Assembly: GCF_964194025.1 (NCBI RefSeq)
Contig: NC_134471.1
Location: forward strand, 42,842,001 to 42,906,000
Length of the DNA stretch: 64,000 bases
Source of the DNA: Convolutriloba macropyga
Taxonomy: Eukaryota
Direction: 5' to 3'
This document shows positions 25,161-37,715 of the stretch, one piece after another. Under the pieces are notes generated by a model. It did not search any database. It worked only from the letters and a program-made list of their open reading frames with translations, and had not been told where the DNA came from. Position 1 is the stretch's first letter, and each line of letters begins with the position of its first letter. The position numbers and the translations under genes were made by a program.

Positions 25161-28100
25161 AGAATTCAATGCCCTGCGGGCGTTACCTGTTTATCCCTTT
25201 ATGAAGATCAAAAGTCAAATGAGTCAGACAAAAATTTGGTGAAGCAAACAATTGCATAAAAAAGACCACAGGATTAATATGAGCGCTCCAAACATCCCTT
25301 GAGAGCAATTAATATAAGTATTGGTAGACCCAGAAGTGGCAAAATACAAAAACTTTAAAAAGGAATATTTTTGTCAACGTTGGATGCCCATCTATACATT
25401 TGCTTGCACAAAATAAAGTGATTGGTACCCAAAAGCAACTTTTAGAACTATGTCGGTTGAATAGTTATACCCGAATGTCCATTACTAATAAGGCCGGTTT
25501 TGGTCCCGTTTGCTCATGGTAACCTTAAAAAAGACTGCGGATTTAATTATATGCAATATACATATTAGCAAACCATTTCAAGAGAACAATCACTGCTTTT
25601 ACTGTTTTGCAGCTAAAAATGGCTGAATTGTCTTCAAACTGTCAACGTAAAAATCTCTCATTCCAGATAACAACAACGGTTCACAAAATTTTGATTGTTC
25701 CTTTGCGGTGTTTCCGGCGACTTTTTTTGGAAAAATAACGACTGATTTTTTTCTAAATATAGTCATTTTTGCTCGATTGTCAACTTTTCCAAATAATAAT
25801 CCAAAATTTTCAGAGAACGTCGAACTCCAGCTCCTGTTTTGCTTATTGGCAGGCATGCTTGGTCCCATGAAATATTGCTGATTACAGAACCCAATACACT
25901 TTCAAAAGTTGTTCGTTGCAGATGATGAAATTTTTCAAGTATTTTGTTACTCTCAGGGGACGGAGTGTTGCATTTCAATAAACACACCTATTTAGGTGCA
26001 CCCAGACAGCTACGCAAAATTCCAAGAGCGCACTGAGGGTCCTCTAAATAGCCTAGATTGTCTAATACTTTCTTGAGATTTTGAACCCGTTTTTAAAAAC
26101 AAGATGCAACAAAAGTGGGTATTCCGATTGCTGCGGCCAAGATTTCGATTCCTCATTGTCTGTTTCTCTTTATCTTGAAATCACCAGTTTAAAACACGTG
26201 GTGGACCACAACTCGCACTTGTCTCTTCTGAGTTCAAGGCCACACGTTACCATGAGTTAATAGAATTTGTAATGATTCACAAAGCTCTTCCGTTCTTACT
26301 ATAATTCCATCGTCAAGGTACCAAGAATTCTGCATAAATTTGGTAACTTATTCTCGAGTTCTTTGATAATAGGCCAAAGTATTAAAGAAAACAGTAAGGG
26401 CCCCAGCGGGTCTCATTGTTGGACTCCTGATTAACTTTGAATGTGAGTTGAATTAAAAAAGAGCTTGTTATGCTAAGAATAGCAAAAAAAAACAAAAGAG
26501 GCAAAAGCGGGAATGAATTTTTGCCCTGCATCTAGCTCACTGCTTCTCGTAATGGAATTCAAAGCACTTTTGAAGTCGATTTGAAGTAGGCCCACTTTTT
26601 CGTTGTTCAATAACTTTTGAAAAGTTTGGTTTGTTGCATGTACAATACTTTCAGAACCGCATTTAACTGCCACTCCAAGTTGTCTGCATTAAAAAAGTTC
26701 AACAGCCTCAGAACTGGCCATTTGCGCAATACATTTGGCTATCAGACGTCAAAAAGCGTCTCCAGCGGCGATTGGTCGTTTACCTCCTTTTGTCTTTTTC
26801 GCTTTTGTCTTTTCCTTTTGGCTTTTTGCGCTGTAAGCGAAGCAGAGCAAAAAGTTGGAGCGAAACTGGGGAGCTGCCCTTTGCTAGCCAAATTTACCAG
26901 TTTTGTGATGCTTGAAATAGATTTTTTCACTTATCGCGGACTGCGCACGTTACGGCATGTAGAAGTTGCTCAGGGTACATTTTGGATGGACCGGCTGCTG
27001 TGAAATTTAAGATAGCAATTTTTAAACACAGACGCTTCGTCAAACTGATAAGCATAACTACTGTAACCGTCAGTTTCACGCGGTGGCACTTCTTCTACTG
27101 GATGAAAGTTCATCAACTGTTTCAGCGTTCTTTTGTTATCAGGGGCCACTCCATCCAAAGACAAGCTTTTTGCTGCACGTCCAAATTGGCCTTGAAGGCA
27201 GAGATTTTGCACGTTCTGCAAAAAGCGATTCCATTGAGTCATGATTTAATTTCATTGCTTGTTTCATTGAGGCAGCTTTGAACCATAGCCCAGCATAGTC
27301 GCCATTCCAACGCTCAAATACACTTAATATGAGCCGTTCTTGCAGCTGCTTGTGTTTCTTGCCCCTCTGTTGCTAGCGCGCAGAACACACTTGTTTATTG
27401 CAAAGAGTTTTTTTTTCCAATTTTCGGGGGAACTTGGTTGAGAAAAACAGCCCTCAATGAAAGGTGTTAGCAATTCAGGCCATCTTACCCGAAACTTGAC
27501 AGGAATAAAGCAGAGTGTAGGCAATTTTTTCTTGCATATCGTTTCAAGGTCTGGGAGGGCGTTTAGGTCCAAATTTGCTGTGTTTTGAGAGGCGTTACTT
27601 TTGGCAATTTCTTCGCTGTTTGTGGCAGAGACTAGCTCGTCAATGCGGGCTGCACCCGCCCCCATGAAATCGTCTTCTCAAAACAGTTTTGATGAAACGC
27701 ATTCTTACAGACTGCTTAGGCTCTAAGAGAATTCAATGCCCTGCGAGCGCTACCTGTTTATCCCTTTATGAAGATCAAAAGTCAAATGAGTCAGACAAAA
27801 AATTGGTGAAGCAAACAATTGCATAAAAAAGACCACAGGACTAATATAAGCGCTCCAAACATCCTTTGAGAGCAATTAATATAAGAAATGATAGACCCAG
27901 AGGTGGCAATATAAAAATCTTTAATAGGAACATTTTTGTCAACGTTGGATGCCTATCTATACATTAGCTTGCACAAAATAAAGTGCTTGGCACCCAAAAG
28001 CAATTTTTAGACCTATGTCGGTTGGATAGTTATACCCGAATGGCCATTACTAATAAGGCCGGTTCTGGTCCCGTTTGCTCTTGGAAACCTTAAAAAAGAC

Positions 28101-28374
28101 TGCGGATTTCATTATATGCAATATACATATTAGCAAACCATTTCAAGACAACAATCACTGCTTTTACTGTTTTGCAGCTAAAAATGGCTGAATTGTCTTC
28201 AAACTGTCAACGTAAAAATCTCTCATTCCAGATAACAACAACTGTTCACAAAATTTTGATTGTTCCTTTGCGGTGTTTCCGGCGACTTCTTTTGAAAAAT
28301 AACAACTGATTTTTTCTAAATAAAGTCATTAGTGCTCGATTGTCAACTTTTCAAAATAATAATCCAATATTTTC
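25140..28374. repeat. Duplicated ~670-bp flank co-amplified with the CRE element (25140-25811 and 27708-28374)
   Basis: Near-identical sequence from cagactgcttaggctctaagag to taataatccaa(a/t)attttc in both places. Confidence 0.92.
25809..27720 (-). mobile_element. CRE-clade element, partial copy C (N-terminus through RT)
   Basis: Duplicate of 22129 onward. Retains the (G)VAVKCGSESIVHA RT segment that is deleted from A and B. WYLDDG at ~26305-26325. Confidence 0.88.
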
Positions 28375-28992
28375 GAAAACTTTGAGGCTCCGAAAGAAAT
28401 CAGCAAGCAGATGTTTTTCGTTGCTTTATTGTGTTAAATTGCATTTTCTTCTGTAATGAGTTCATTTTTTTTCATAAAAGCAGATTGCTGAAATCTACCA
28501 TGAAATGAAGAAGTTCAAAAGTTATAACATCGATTTTCATTTTTTTTTGTTCTGCTTGATATTTATTTTTGAAGTTTGCCGCAGGAGATTTAAAGGTGCT
28601 CAAATATGATCACTTGCCCTAAGTTTTCAAAGATAGCTACGTTTTGTTAGTCTATTTCTATGCACAGAAAATTAATGGTCCTCGCAATAATTTTCGAGGA
28701 GCCGATCACATTGTAAACCATAAAAGAACGTGTTTTGCTTACAAATTAGCTTCTGTGTTCTTCGAGCAACATTTGAGGCAAGATTTACGGGAGCATATAT
28801 GCACATTACAGCGAGCCCTTGTTTACTTAATCACCAACTTAATCATTTGTCACTTTATTGACCCGAAGAGCTTGAACTGTTGCGAGTGGGAATTCCAGTA
28901 AGGCGTTTTCCAAGGATTCTAACTCAGTTTAATTCCCAAATTCTACAATCTGACGAACTACGCAGTGTGAATCACTAAATTCTAATCTATAC

Positions 28993-30451
28993 CTTGACTT
29001 CGAGAACTTGCGCCTCTAGTCTGTATGTTGTCTCTTCTGCAAATGGGTGTCCATGTATGGCTACTGATACTGGTCGCTTGAAGTCATAAGGAATTGCAAT
29101 GACGTCACTTCCACAAGAGTAGGAACTCAAGTCGTAGCTGCAAAACATGCACGGTAACTGTTTAAATGTTATCTGTTATCGAGTAATTATTTCCTGTTTA
29201 ATACCGATTCTTTTAGAACAGTTGAATGTTTTCCATTAGAATCACCTTCAGATTTGGCTAAAAAGGATAGGTTTCTACTAAATACGGTTTGACGCCCCTT
29301 CAGACAGATAGAATAAGAGCTCCAACACAACATTGTGTGACGTTTACCTTTACGAGCTCCAACTAGATCTAGCCACATTGGATTGTTGTGATTTGTCACG
29401 CGAGAATCAATCAACAGATCGCAGCACCATACGTGAAAAGTTAGTAAAGAAGAAGAGAAGAAATGAGGAAGTTCAGACGTAAGCAGAATACTATTGAGAA
29501 AAGTTCAAATTGACCCCCTACCCCTTCCAATTTCAGAAGATGCACCATTATATAGGAAATGATTGATTGAGTAAATTTCGAGGGTGCACTTGGGTGTTGC
29601 AAAAATATGCGACCACAAACAAGCAGCGGGAGGATTAGGGTCAGGGGCTCGAACGAAGAAAAAACGAATAATTGCTTCACTCTTGAAAGCAATTAGTGGG
29701 TCTAAGAAGTTGGAGATTACTGTTTGATGTGTGAAGTGTGTTTGTTACCTTTCAGCTGAGGCGAACTCAGAGGGCGACTCAGCAGCATACAAGTCCGCAT
29801 CTCCAGTTAGGGATGTTAAAGTCAGCACCACTTTCCCAGGGTTCCTCACTACACACAAAGCACACAAATTGGCAACTATTTCTCTACCATTTCAAAATGG
29901 ACCCAAATGGAGTCGCGTCGAAAAGATTTTTTTCTGCGCAATAGAATGATAAATTTTTGATCGCAAATCAATGCAATAGATACCGTTTTCTATTAAACAT
30001 CAAAATAACTTCTCAATTAGCTAATATTCCTTTCAAACAATAGAAGTTTAAACTGCTGAAGCAGATGCTGTTTCAAAATTCTCTTAAACTTTGCTTGAGT
30101 TTTTAATATCCCTTTTCAAGAGTTCATTACACTTCTGAACCCTTCTTTGTTCTAGCGATGCGTATACAGATTCAATGCAGATTCATATGAATATCAATGC
30201 GTATAGAGATTCTCCATATAGTTTCCAAATGAGTACATGCGAATAGTAGAGAACAACAGAGAATCAGGTGCCTGAGAAGACGGTGTAGTTGTTCGCATAT
30301 ATGACTTGACTCCTTCTTTCACCACCACCGCCAAACAGCATCGCCATGAACTCGTACTAAGTAGAACCAACAGTAATATCAAATTTTGTCTGAACCATCC
30401 GCCAATTTTCAACCGACTCGACTGCTCTCCAAAATTGACACCAGCATCCAT
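28993..30451 (-). pseudogene. C6orf120: UPF0669 protein C6orf120 homologue; three exons (30451-30272, 29848-29749, 29137-28993); frameshifted in exon 1
   Basis: With a 5-bp duplication removed, the spliced product is MDAGV…QNLILLLVLLSTSSWRCCLAVVVKEGVIYANNYTVFS|VRNPGKVVLTLTSLTGDADLYAAESPSEFASAE|SYDLSSYSCGSDVIAIPYDFKRPVSVAIHGHPFAEETTYRLEAQVLEVK. This matches, from memory, UPF0669 motifs (GxIxAxNY, LxSLxGDADLY, Y.L.S.TCG.D…IP..F.RPV…GHP). Intron phases 1 and 2 are consistent. The exon-1 donor is GC. A terminal exon was not found. Confidence 0.85.
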
Positions 30452-31140
30452 CACAGCCTCCCAATTACGCAAAATACTTCTACATACTTGAATCTAAAAA
30501 ATATTTAACAAGGTTTGGTAACAGCATCTAATTACATTTCGGCTCGAAGAAAATCGAAGTTCATCTTTCGGAGCAAAAGGCCTATTTCATAGTTTGAAAA
30601 TTGATTGGCGGTACAATAACTGCTGAGCGGTGCAATAATTATTTTAACTTTGAATAGCCGCGAAGCGACAGCAGGGCTATTATTGGTCTCATCGTGGTTT
30701 TTGTAGAATCCAAAAGATTTGGATTGAACTGGGGCGCCGTCCTTCTTTTCAAAATTTTCACATTCAACTTTTTGTTTTAACGAGTAGCCAAATTGCAGTG
30801 GTGGTTTCCGGAGTAACGCGGGAGTAGTTATGGAACCAAAAAAGCGAGTAGTTTCTGAGTGTAAAAATTTTTAAATTGCTGATAAAGTGGAGTGAAATTC
30901 CGTTTTCAAATGCGGCATTTGTACTCCAGTTTTCGCCGTTTCTATAATCAACTTTTCATAAATGCTACTAAAAGTGACAAATGTGCTCTCGAAATTGAAT
31001 CCATAAATGGGCAGCAAAGGCCTTCTATGAAATTATCACTAGGTGTTCTAACATTAGAACATATTTTGTCCCCTTTCTTGATTTACCATTTAGACTCATT
31101 AATGAGAGGACCCATTGTGCTTTTAAAAACGCATTAAAAT

Positions 31141-31525
31141 GATGATTTTTCAATATTTTCAGCTGTTTGCGTTTTTTTTAACTTCACCTAATATTGTTTT
31201 TAAAATACTTTTTGCGTTTTGGTCGTATCTGTTGCCCTTTCTGTTGCCCGAGTTTTTCCAATGACTCAGTCCTTTTAAGTCCCACAGGCCTTCAAAAGTG
31301 GCACTAGAGACCGTAAACGTTTTAAATTGATAATAAATAATTTCATTTATTATCAATTTAAAACGTTTACGTTCTCTTGTGCCACTTATGAAAGCCTGTG
31401 GGACTTAGAAAGGACTGAGTCATTAGAAAGACAACAGATATGACCAAAACGCAAAAAGTATTTTAAAAACAATATTAGGTAAAGTTATAAAAACTCGAAA
31501 ATGGCTGAAAATATTAAAAATCATC
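31141..31525. mobile_element. Foldback palindrome / MITE-like element (~190-bp arms, centre ~31340)
   Basis: cgtaaacgttttaaattgataataaat-aatttc-atttattatcaatttaaaacgtttacg at the centre. The arms stay complementary out to gatgatttt / aaaatcatc, with one ~20-bp indel. No coding capacity. Confidence 0.85.
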
Positions 31526-32419
31526 TCAATTCATCTAAAATCATCTCAATTTGAATTTATTTTTCTGAAAATTTCTTCTCCATTAGTTGCTTTTACTATT
31601 TTGTAAGTTTTTCTCTCTCAACACTGACAAGCTTAGACTAGATTTTTGGAAAAAAAGCTTATATAGTTAATGATTAAGGCCTCTAGTTAATGTCTATGCT
31701 TTAAGTAAAACACTTCAGTTTAAAATAATTGTCAGTAAAAATTTGAGTTTTGCCCGTAGTTGTCTTGCCTCCTAGTCTCCATAAAAACACGTTTCAATTG
31801 TTAAATAAACAAGGCGGCTCGGTAATGTGCGATCGCACATAAGGTTCCGACCCCGCTCATCCACAATTTTGGCATAATTGTCTACCAAATGAGGAACAGA
31901 TGTGAAAAACACAATAAATTCAAGTATTTTTCAACAAAAACTGGTGTATGAACGAAAAGATAGCCTCCAGAGCAAACAACTCAGTGGAGTAAAAATGATG
32001 CATTAGATTGATGAGATATGCCGATATTAAGAAAGCGAGCGAAGACGTACGGCAAAATCAAACAACAACAACAAACATTAATTACATCAAAAATTTATGT
32101 CCGTTTAAAAAACAAAACTTAATAACAAAGTCAAAAGAGCGTCAGATAAAACTAAAAATAATTAAAATAACTTGTAAATCACCAAAAAAATGGTTATTCA
32201 CCAGTTCATAATAAAGCTTGGTAACAAATAGAAAATTCGCTGAACTTTTTTAAAAAAACAATTAATTTCAAAGTAATGAAAACCATTAGGAATCAACTAA
32301 AATATCTCACAGGTTTACAATTAGCAATGCTTCTATAGAAGGGAATTAAGAACTCTTGGTATTCAATTTTTTATGATGCAGTTACAAAAAGAACAAATAT
32401 ACAACAAACTAAAAATCAA

Positions 32420-33560
32420 TTAAAACTTGCCAGAAAATGCTTTGGAAGCCGTAAAGCTATACTTTGGCCTCCAAAATATGTTTGATTGCACCTTCCGCGA
32501 ACACCAATAATGTAGAATGTGGCCGCTCATTAATGAAAATAAGCAACAATAAGACAAAGAAGAAAATGCAAAATTGTGTAATACTTGTTTTTTTTCGAAA
32601 AAAAAATATTTCCAGACATAAAAGCCATTAATTACAAAAAGAAAAATTTGAATAGGTTCATCCATTCTGCCAAGGGAAGCCCTTGAGACTTTCAATTATC
32701 CAGAATATGTCTTAAGTGTACAAAAAGAACGTCAAATATGACAAAAATCAAAAATTCATTTACTTTTTTTTGTGAAAAACCCGTGTGGAAGCCATTAAAG
32801 TCATCACAAATCCTCTTAAATCATTAGATTTTGTGACACCAATCCTTTTTGACACCTTCCCTTGAAATGTATTATGTGACCTCTCATTATTGAAACTAGG
32901 TAACAATTAGACTAAAAAGAAAAAAAGCAAGATTATGCAATACTTGTTTTTATCGATAAAATTTATTTCCAAAGACATGAAAGCCATTAATTACAAAATG
33001 AAATATTAAATAGGTTCGTTTACTCTTCCAGAGGAAGCCATCGAGACCTGCAATTATCCAGAACAAGTCTTACGTCTACAAAAAGAACGTCAAATATGAC
33101 AAAAATCAAAAATTAATTTACTTTTTTTTTGTGAAAAACCCGTGTCGAAGTCATATCGAATTCTTTAAAAACATTAGATTTTGTTACACCAATCCCTTTT
33201 GACACCTTCCCCTGACAAAAATAATGTCATCTTAAACTTTTAATTAAGAGACCAGGTAACAAACAGTTAATAAAAGGAACAAAATTGCGAAGTTGAAATT
33301 TTTTTTTCATTTTGGAAAACAATTGTTTTCAAAGTCATGAAAGCCATAATCTATCTTCTAATATCAAAACATCGGCTCATCTACTATTCCGGGAAAAGCC
33401 AATCAAACGGGGTCATTGTACAGGAAATTAAATAAGACTAAAAAGACAAAGTAAAAATGACAGTTAAAGACAAAATTTAAAAATTCAATTAAATTCTTCG
33501 AGAAAGTACTGTCGAAGCGGTAAAGAACCACAATCTATATCTTTAAAGATTTAAATATTA
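32420..33560. repeat. Diverged tandem repeat, ~360-bp period, about 3 copies
   Basis: Landmark aaagccat(t)aat at ~32621, ~32980 and ~33340. acaaaaagaacgtcaaatatgacaaaaatcaaaa at ~32720 and ~33078. The third copy is more diverged. Confidence 0.85.
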
Positions 33561-35238
33561 TCAATTGTGCGTTATTCTGAACGCAAAAAATGTGATATAT
33601 GAACTGACAATAACGTGACAATTTGACAAAACTAGAAAACATGAAAAATGGGTAAAAACCTTAAAATTGAAAAAAAAAAATTGTGAAATCTAGTAGTATC
33701 AAAGCCAGAACACCATAACTTAAGGCGTAAAACCACAATAAAGACTAAAGTTGAATTCAGCAGAAAGAAGGAGCACTCTTTGATTGCTGACACTAAGATA
33801 CAAGTTGACCAACTTAAGAGCAAAATGGAGGCAAAGTTCAAAAAGCCATTTTTATTTAAAAATCAAATATTTTAAAAGTCAAAACGACCATAAGCTTTCA
33901 AGCAATCAATTAGATAAATTAATTTCGAGCTAATTAGGAAGCCAATAGGACCTATCACTGGTGAGCTTTGATCTGAAATGTTCTGTTATTTAATTAATAT
34001 AAAAAAGATCGATTTTTTTTAAATAAAAAACCGACTGACGACAATCCGAATTGTTTTTGGATTGTAACGGTCCAAGATTGGTACAGCACTAGTCCTGCTA
34101 ATGCTCATTGTCCTAATGCTGATTAGGATTATTTAATTTTTGGAATGTTATTGATATAGATATTTTGTTAGTTAAAAAATCAAAAATAAATGCTGCGTTT
34201 TTGATAATCAACGAATAGTTAGCAAAAAACGGCACAGTTTTATTTACAGAGCACTCTCAACGGAAGTTGAAGTGGAATTAGCCCCCTTTTCAGTCTGAAA
34301 AGATTGTGTTAGTGGTGTTTGCTTGCAAATTTAATCAGAGTGGACTAAAGAAACTTATTTCGTGCTGTTTTTGATGAAAAAGTCTGAATTTTGTGAAATA
34401 TTTAGCCGGAATTTGTGACAAAAAAAATTCAATGAAAATAGCCGACAATGTATTTTGTCTTTAAACGTAAAATCAACAACATTTTCTTGAAAAATTTTAT
34501 TAAATTTTATCAAAATTGGCAAAATTTTAGTTAAAAATTCCAAATAAAGGTGAATGAAATCAACGGAATTCACTCTATTTTCTCAAAAGTTTAAACCTCG
34601 ATATCTCCCTATCAAAAACGAAAATAAAAAAATCTTTTTAATTCCATATTCTACGCTGGACAAGCTTTCTAATGATACCAGTCTCAACTCTCTACGATGA
34701 ATATATCGATCGGCCAAAATTGACTGAACAAAAAAAAACCCATTTGAGTATATAGTTCCTCCCCCTCAAGAGGGGTCGGAACAAAAATAAAGCTTAAAAA
34801 CCTGTTCCTTAAGAAGTTGCAAACAGAAAATAGATTATATACAATGATCAAAAAATAAACAAACAGTTAGCTTAAAAAAATTTCTCGGAGCTTTATTAAG
34901 CAAGTCCTGTAATTTAGGTGTGTTTTAAAAGCAACAACTAACACCATAGAAATTGAAATATGGATAATAAAAAGGTCGAAGAGAGCATATTGACTAAAGA
35001 CGTGAATTTGAAGATAAATCACGTTAATATGAAAATTTTTCAAAAACAGTGAGAAAGATTGAAAACTACTCAGAACTCTTGACTAAGCTACAGTTAAATC
35101 ATAAATCACAACAAATGCCCTGCAATGTTGGGCGCCTAATCTGTTGAAACAAAATCTTGTTAAAGAAAAAGGTAAGACTTGAGGGAAGAGAAAATTTTTT
35201 GTAACTCGTTTGGTTAAATTTCTTTCTATAATAAACCT

Positions 35239-35486
35239 TGTTGTGGTTAACAACCTTTTGACCTTCATATTGCGAGAGCTTCAAAACTTCAATTCAAGAT
35301 GACTTCTTCAACAAACGCAACAATAAATTACCACGTGATTTGAACTAAGAAATCATAATTTCATCTGATTTTATCAACAACACTTGTTTCCTTTTGAGCT
35401 TGAGTTCTTCTCAAGCATAAAGCATTTAAGTCTTTAAAGCGTTTAAAGCAAGTCTAATCAACAAAAATAAGTGTTGCAACGCAACA
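35239..35486 (+). repeat. BEL/Pao 5' LTR (248 bp)
   Basis: TGTTGTGGTTAAC…GCAACGCAACA. Differs from the 3' LTR by about 4 substitutions and 1 indel (counted by eye). Confidence 0.97.
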
Positions 35487-36061
35487 TTTAATGGTCCGCC
35501 GAAAAATAGGTTAAGGATAAAATAGTCGAAGCATTAAGCACCCAAAGCATTCACTCTCTCAAAAATTTGTTGATAACCTAAAAAGGGTAAACTTAAAGGG
35601 AAATTGAAAAGCGGACCCCCCACTAGATACCATCATTACCCCACATGTTATTCAAGTTGATTAACTTGTATAACTAGGTTGATTAACCTAACCAAGAGAC
35701 CCGGTAGAGGATATCTAGTGGGGTAACTGTATACTCAAGATTCTGCATATTTTTTTTGAAAAACTTCAGGGGAAGTCAATCTCTCTCTCTAGTTCTCATT
35801 GAGAACACGGTTTTTGTTAGCTTACTTTGCCCCCTGAAGTACTAAGACTAAGTTCGCGCGTAAAAATTGGCCGCACTTTTGCGGGGGGATAGATACAACC
35901 CTATATTTACAACTTTCACGCTGTTTTAACTTGTTTCTGAGCTTTCAGCCACAAAAGATTTACAACAACCGATTAAGACAAAGAATACAGCCAAAGAATA
36001 CAACTAAAGAACAGCATCAAGAACAAAGCAAGGAACAGTGAGACAACAGCATATCAGAAAC

Positions 36062-37700
36062 ATGCCAGAAAATCAAGAACTTCTTCGAAAGTCGCGTGAG
36101 GCTCACAGAGGAGTTGCAACGAAACTCTACAATGAAGCAGACGGCATAATGAACAAACCGTTCACACTTATCAATGAAGACGACCTTATCCGACTGCAGC
36201 AGATAGTTGAACTATTGAAGAAGAAGCAAGCCTTCCTATCTGAGCAGAACAATAAAGATTCAGTCTCTTTTTGATGATCCTGACAACTTGGACGATGAAA
36301 TTGTTGAGACAGAGGAGTATGATGACAAGATATGCCAAAATATCGACTATATTCATCGGTTTGTTCAGCGAAAGACAAGACACTCGTCACAAGAGAGCTC
36401 CTTGCAGCCGGAAGCACCACGATTTCGAGGAATATACAGAACATCAATCTACCAAAGCTCGACTTGCCCAGTTTTTCCGGAAACTACTTGGACTGGATCT
36501 CCTTTTATGATCGCTTCAAGGGAGCAGTAATAGATAACGATCAGTTGACAAACAGTTTGAGATTACAGTACCTGAAGTCAGCATTGAAGGGAGAAGCTTC
36601 GAAGATGTTAACTTCAATCACAGTCACCGACGACAACTTCGATGTTGCAATGGAAACTTTGCAGAACCGATACGACAACAGGAGATTGATACTTCGAGCC
36701 CACATCCATGGAATTGTCTCATATCGACCAGTTTCACACGAAAACACACGGGAATTACGAAAACTTGTCGACACAATGGAGGAGCACAGACTTTCTCTTC
36801 GGAACATGGGACAACCAGTTGAGCATCAGGACCCCTTTTTTGTCTACTTGATTGCAGAAAAACTGCCCACCGAAACACGAAAGTTCTGGGAGCTTTCTTC
36901 AAAGGGGAAAGAACTGCAGACCTATCAGGAACTAAAGACATTCCTGGAGGAACGTGTTCAGGCGTTGAAGTCAGCAGCACCAAGCAACAGTTCATCAAAT
37001 ACCGAAAAACGATCGCATACGCAACAAAATCATCCACAGAGACAACTTCACACTCATGTTACGACAACGAATCAGCAATGCGAATGTTGTGAAGAGGAAC
37101 ACAGAATTTTCAAATGTGGTAAGTTCAAAGGTTTAGGTGTCAAGGAGCGAGCCCAGCTGATCAAAGTCAAAGGACTTTGTTTTAATTGTCTAAGACCAGG
37201 ACACCGAGCAGAGAGTTGCGATGGTTCTTCGTGCCGCCAATGTGGACGAAAGCATCACACGTTGTTGCATCGAGAAGATGCGCATCAAGTAAATCAATTG
37301 AAAAACTCGTTTGGAAACAGCCGCAAAGCCAACGCAAGAGATCAGGAGAAGGTTTCATCTGGAGCCTCCAGCAGTAATGCAGAACAAATAACTATCGATC
37401 AAAAGATAACAGCAGCCCTCACCCATGAAGACAAGACACAGGAAATTTTTCTTCAGACAGCAATTGTTCCTGTTAATGTTCAAGTAGAAATAGTATATCT
37501 GCGAGCAATTCTGGACTCTGCATCTCAGAATAATCTTGTAACTGAAACTTCAGCTAAAGACAACTGAAAGACTTCAGCTAAAGAGAAAGAGGAACAATAC
37601 TCGTGTTTTTGGACTCGGAGGAAATGAAGTCTCAACTAATCGCGGATTTGTTGACCTTTGCCTTCAACCAAAAAACAAAGCACCAATTATCATTGACGCG
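36062..37700 (+). pseudogene. gag: BEL gag and protease (frameshifted)
   Basis: LPKLDLPSFSGNYLDWISFYDRF (DUF1759-type gag). Three Cys/His knuckles: CECCEEEHRIFKC, CFNCLRPGHRAESC, CRQCGRKHHTLLH. Protease RAILDSASQ. Frameshifts near 36260-36400 and at a 14-bp duplication (acttcagctaaaga) near 37547-37583. Confidence 0.92.
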
Positions 37701-37715
37701 TCAGTTTTAACGAAA

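Noticed and set aside
28700-28950. Terminal exon of the C6orf120 homologue
   Set aside because: Candidate acceptors lead to stops within a few codons, and the expected hydrophobic C-terminus is not seen.
35492-35510. Assigning specific primer tRNAs to the two PBS-like sites (35492, 44063)
   Set aside because: Only the TGG and a few following bases are interpretable without this organism's tRNA set.
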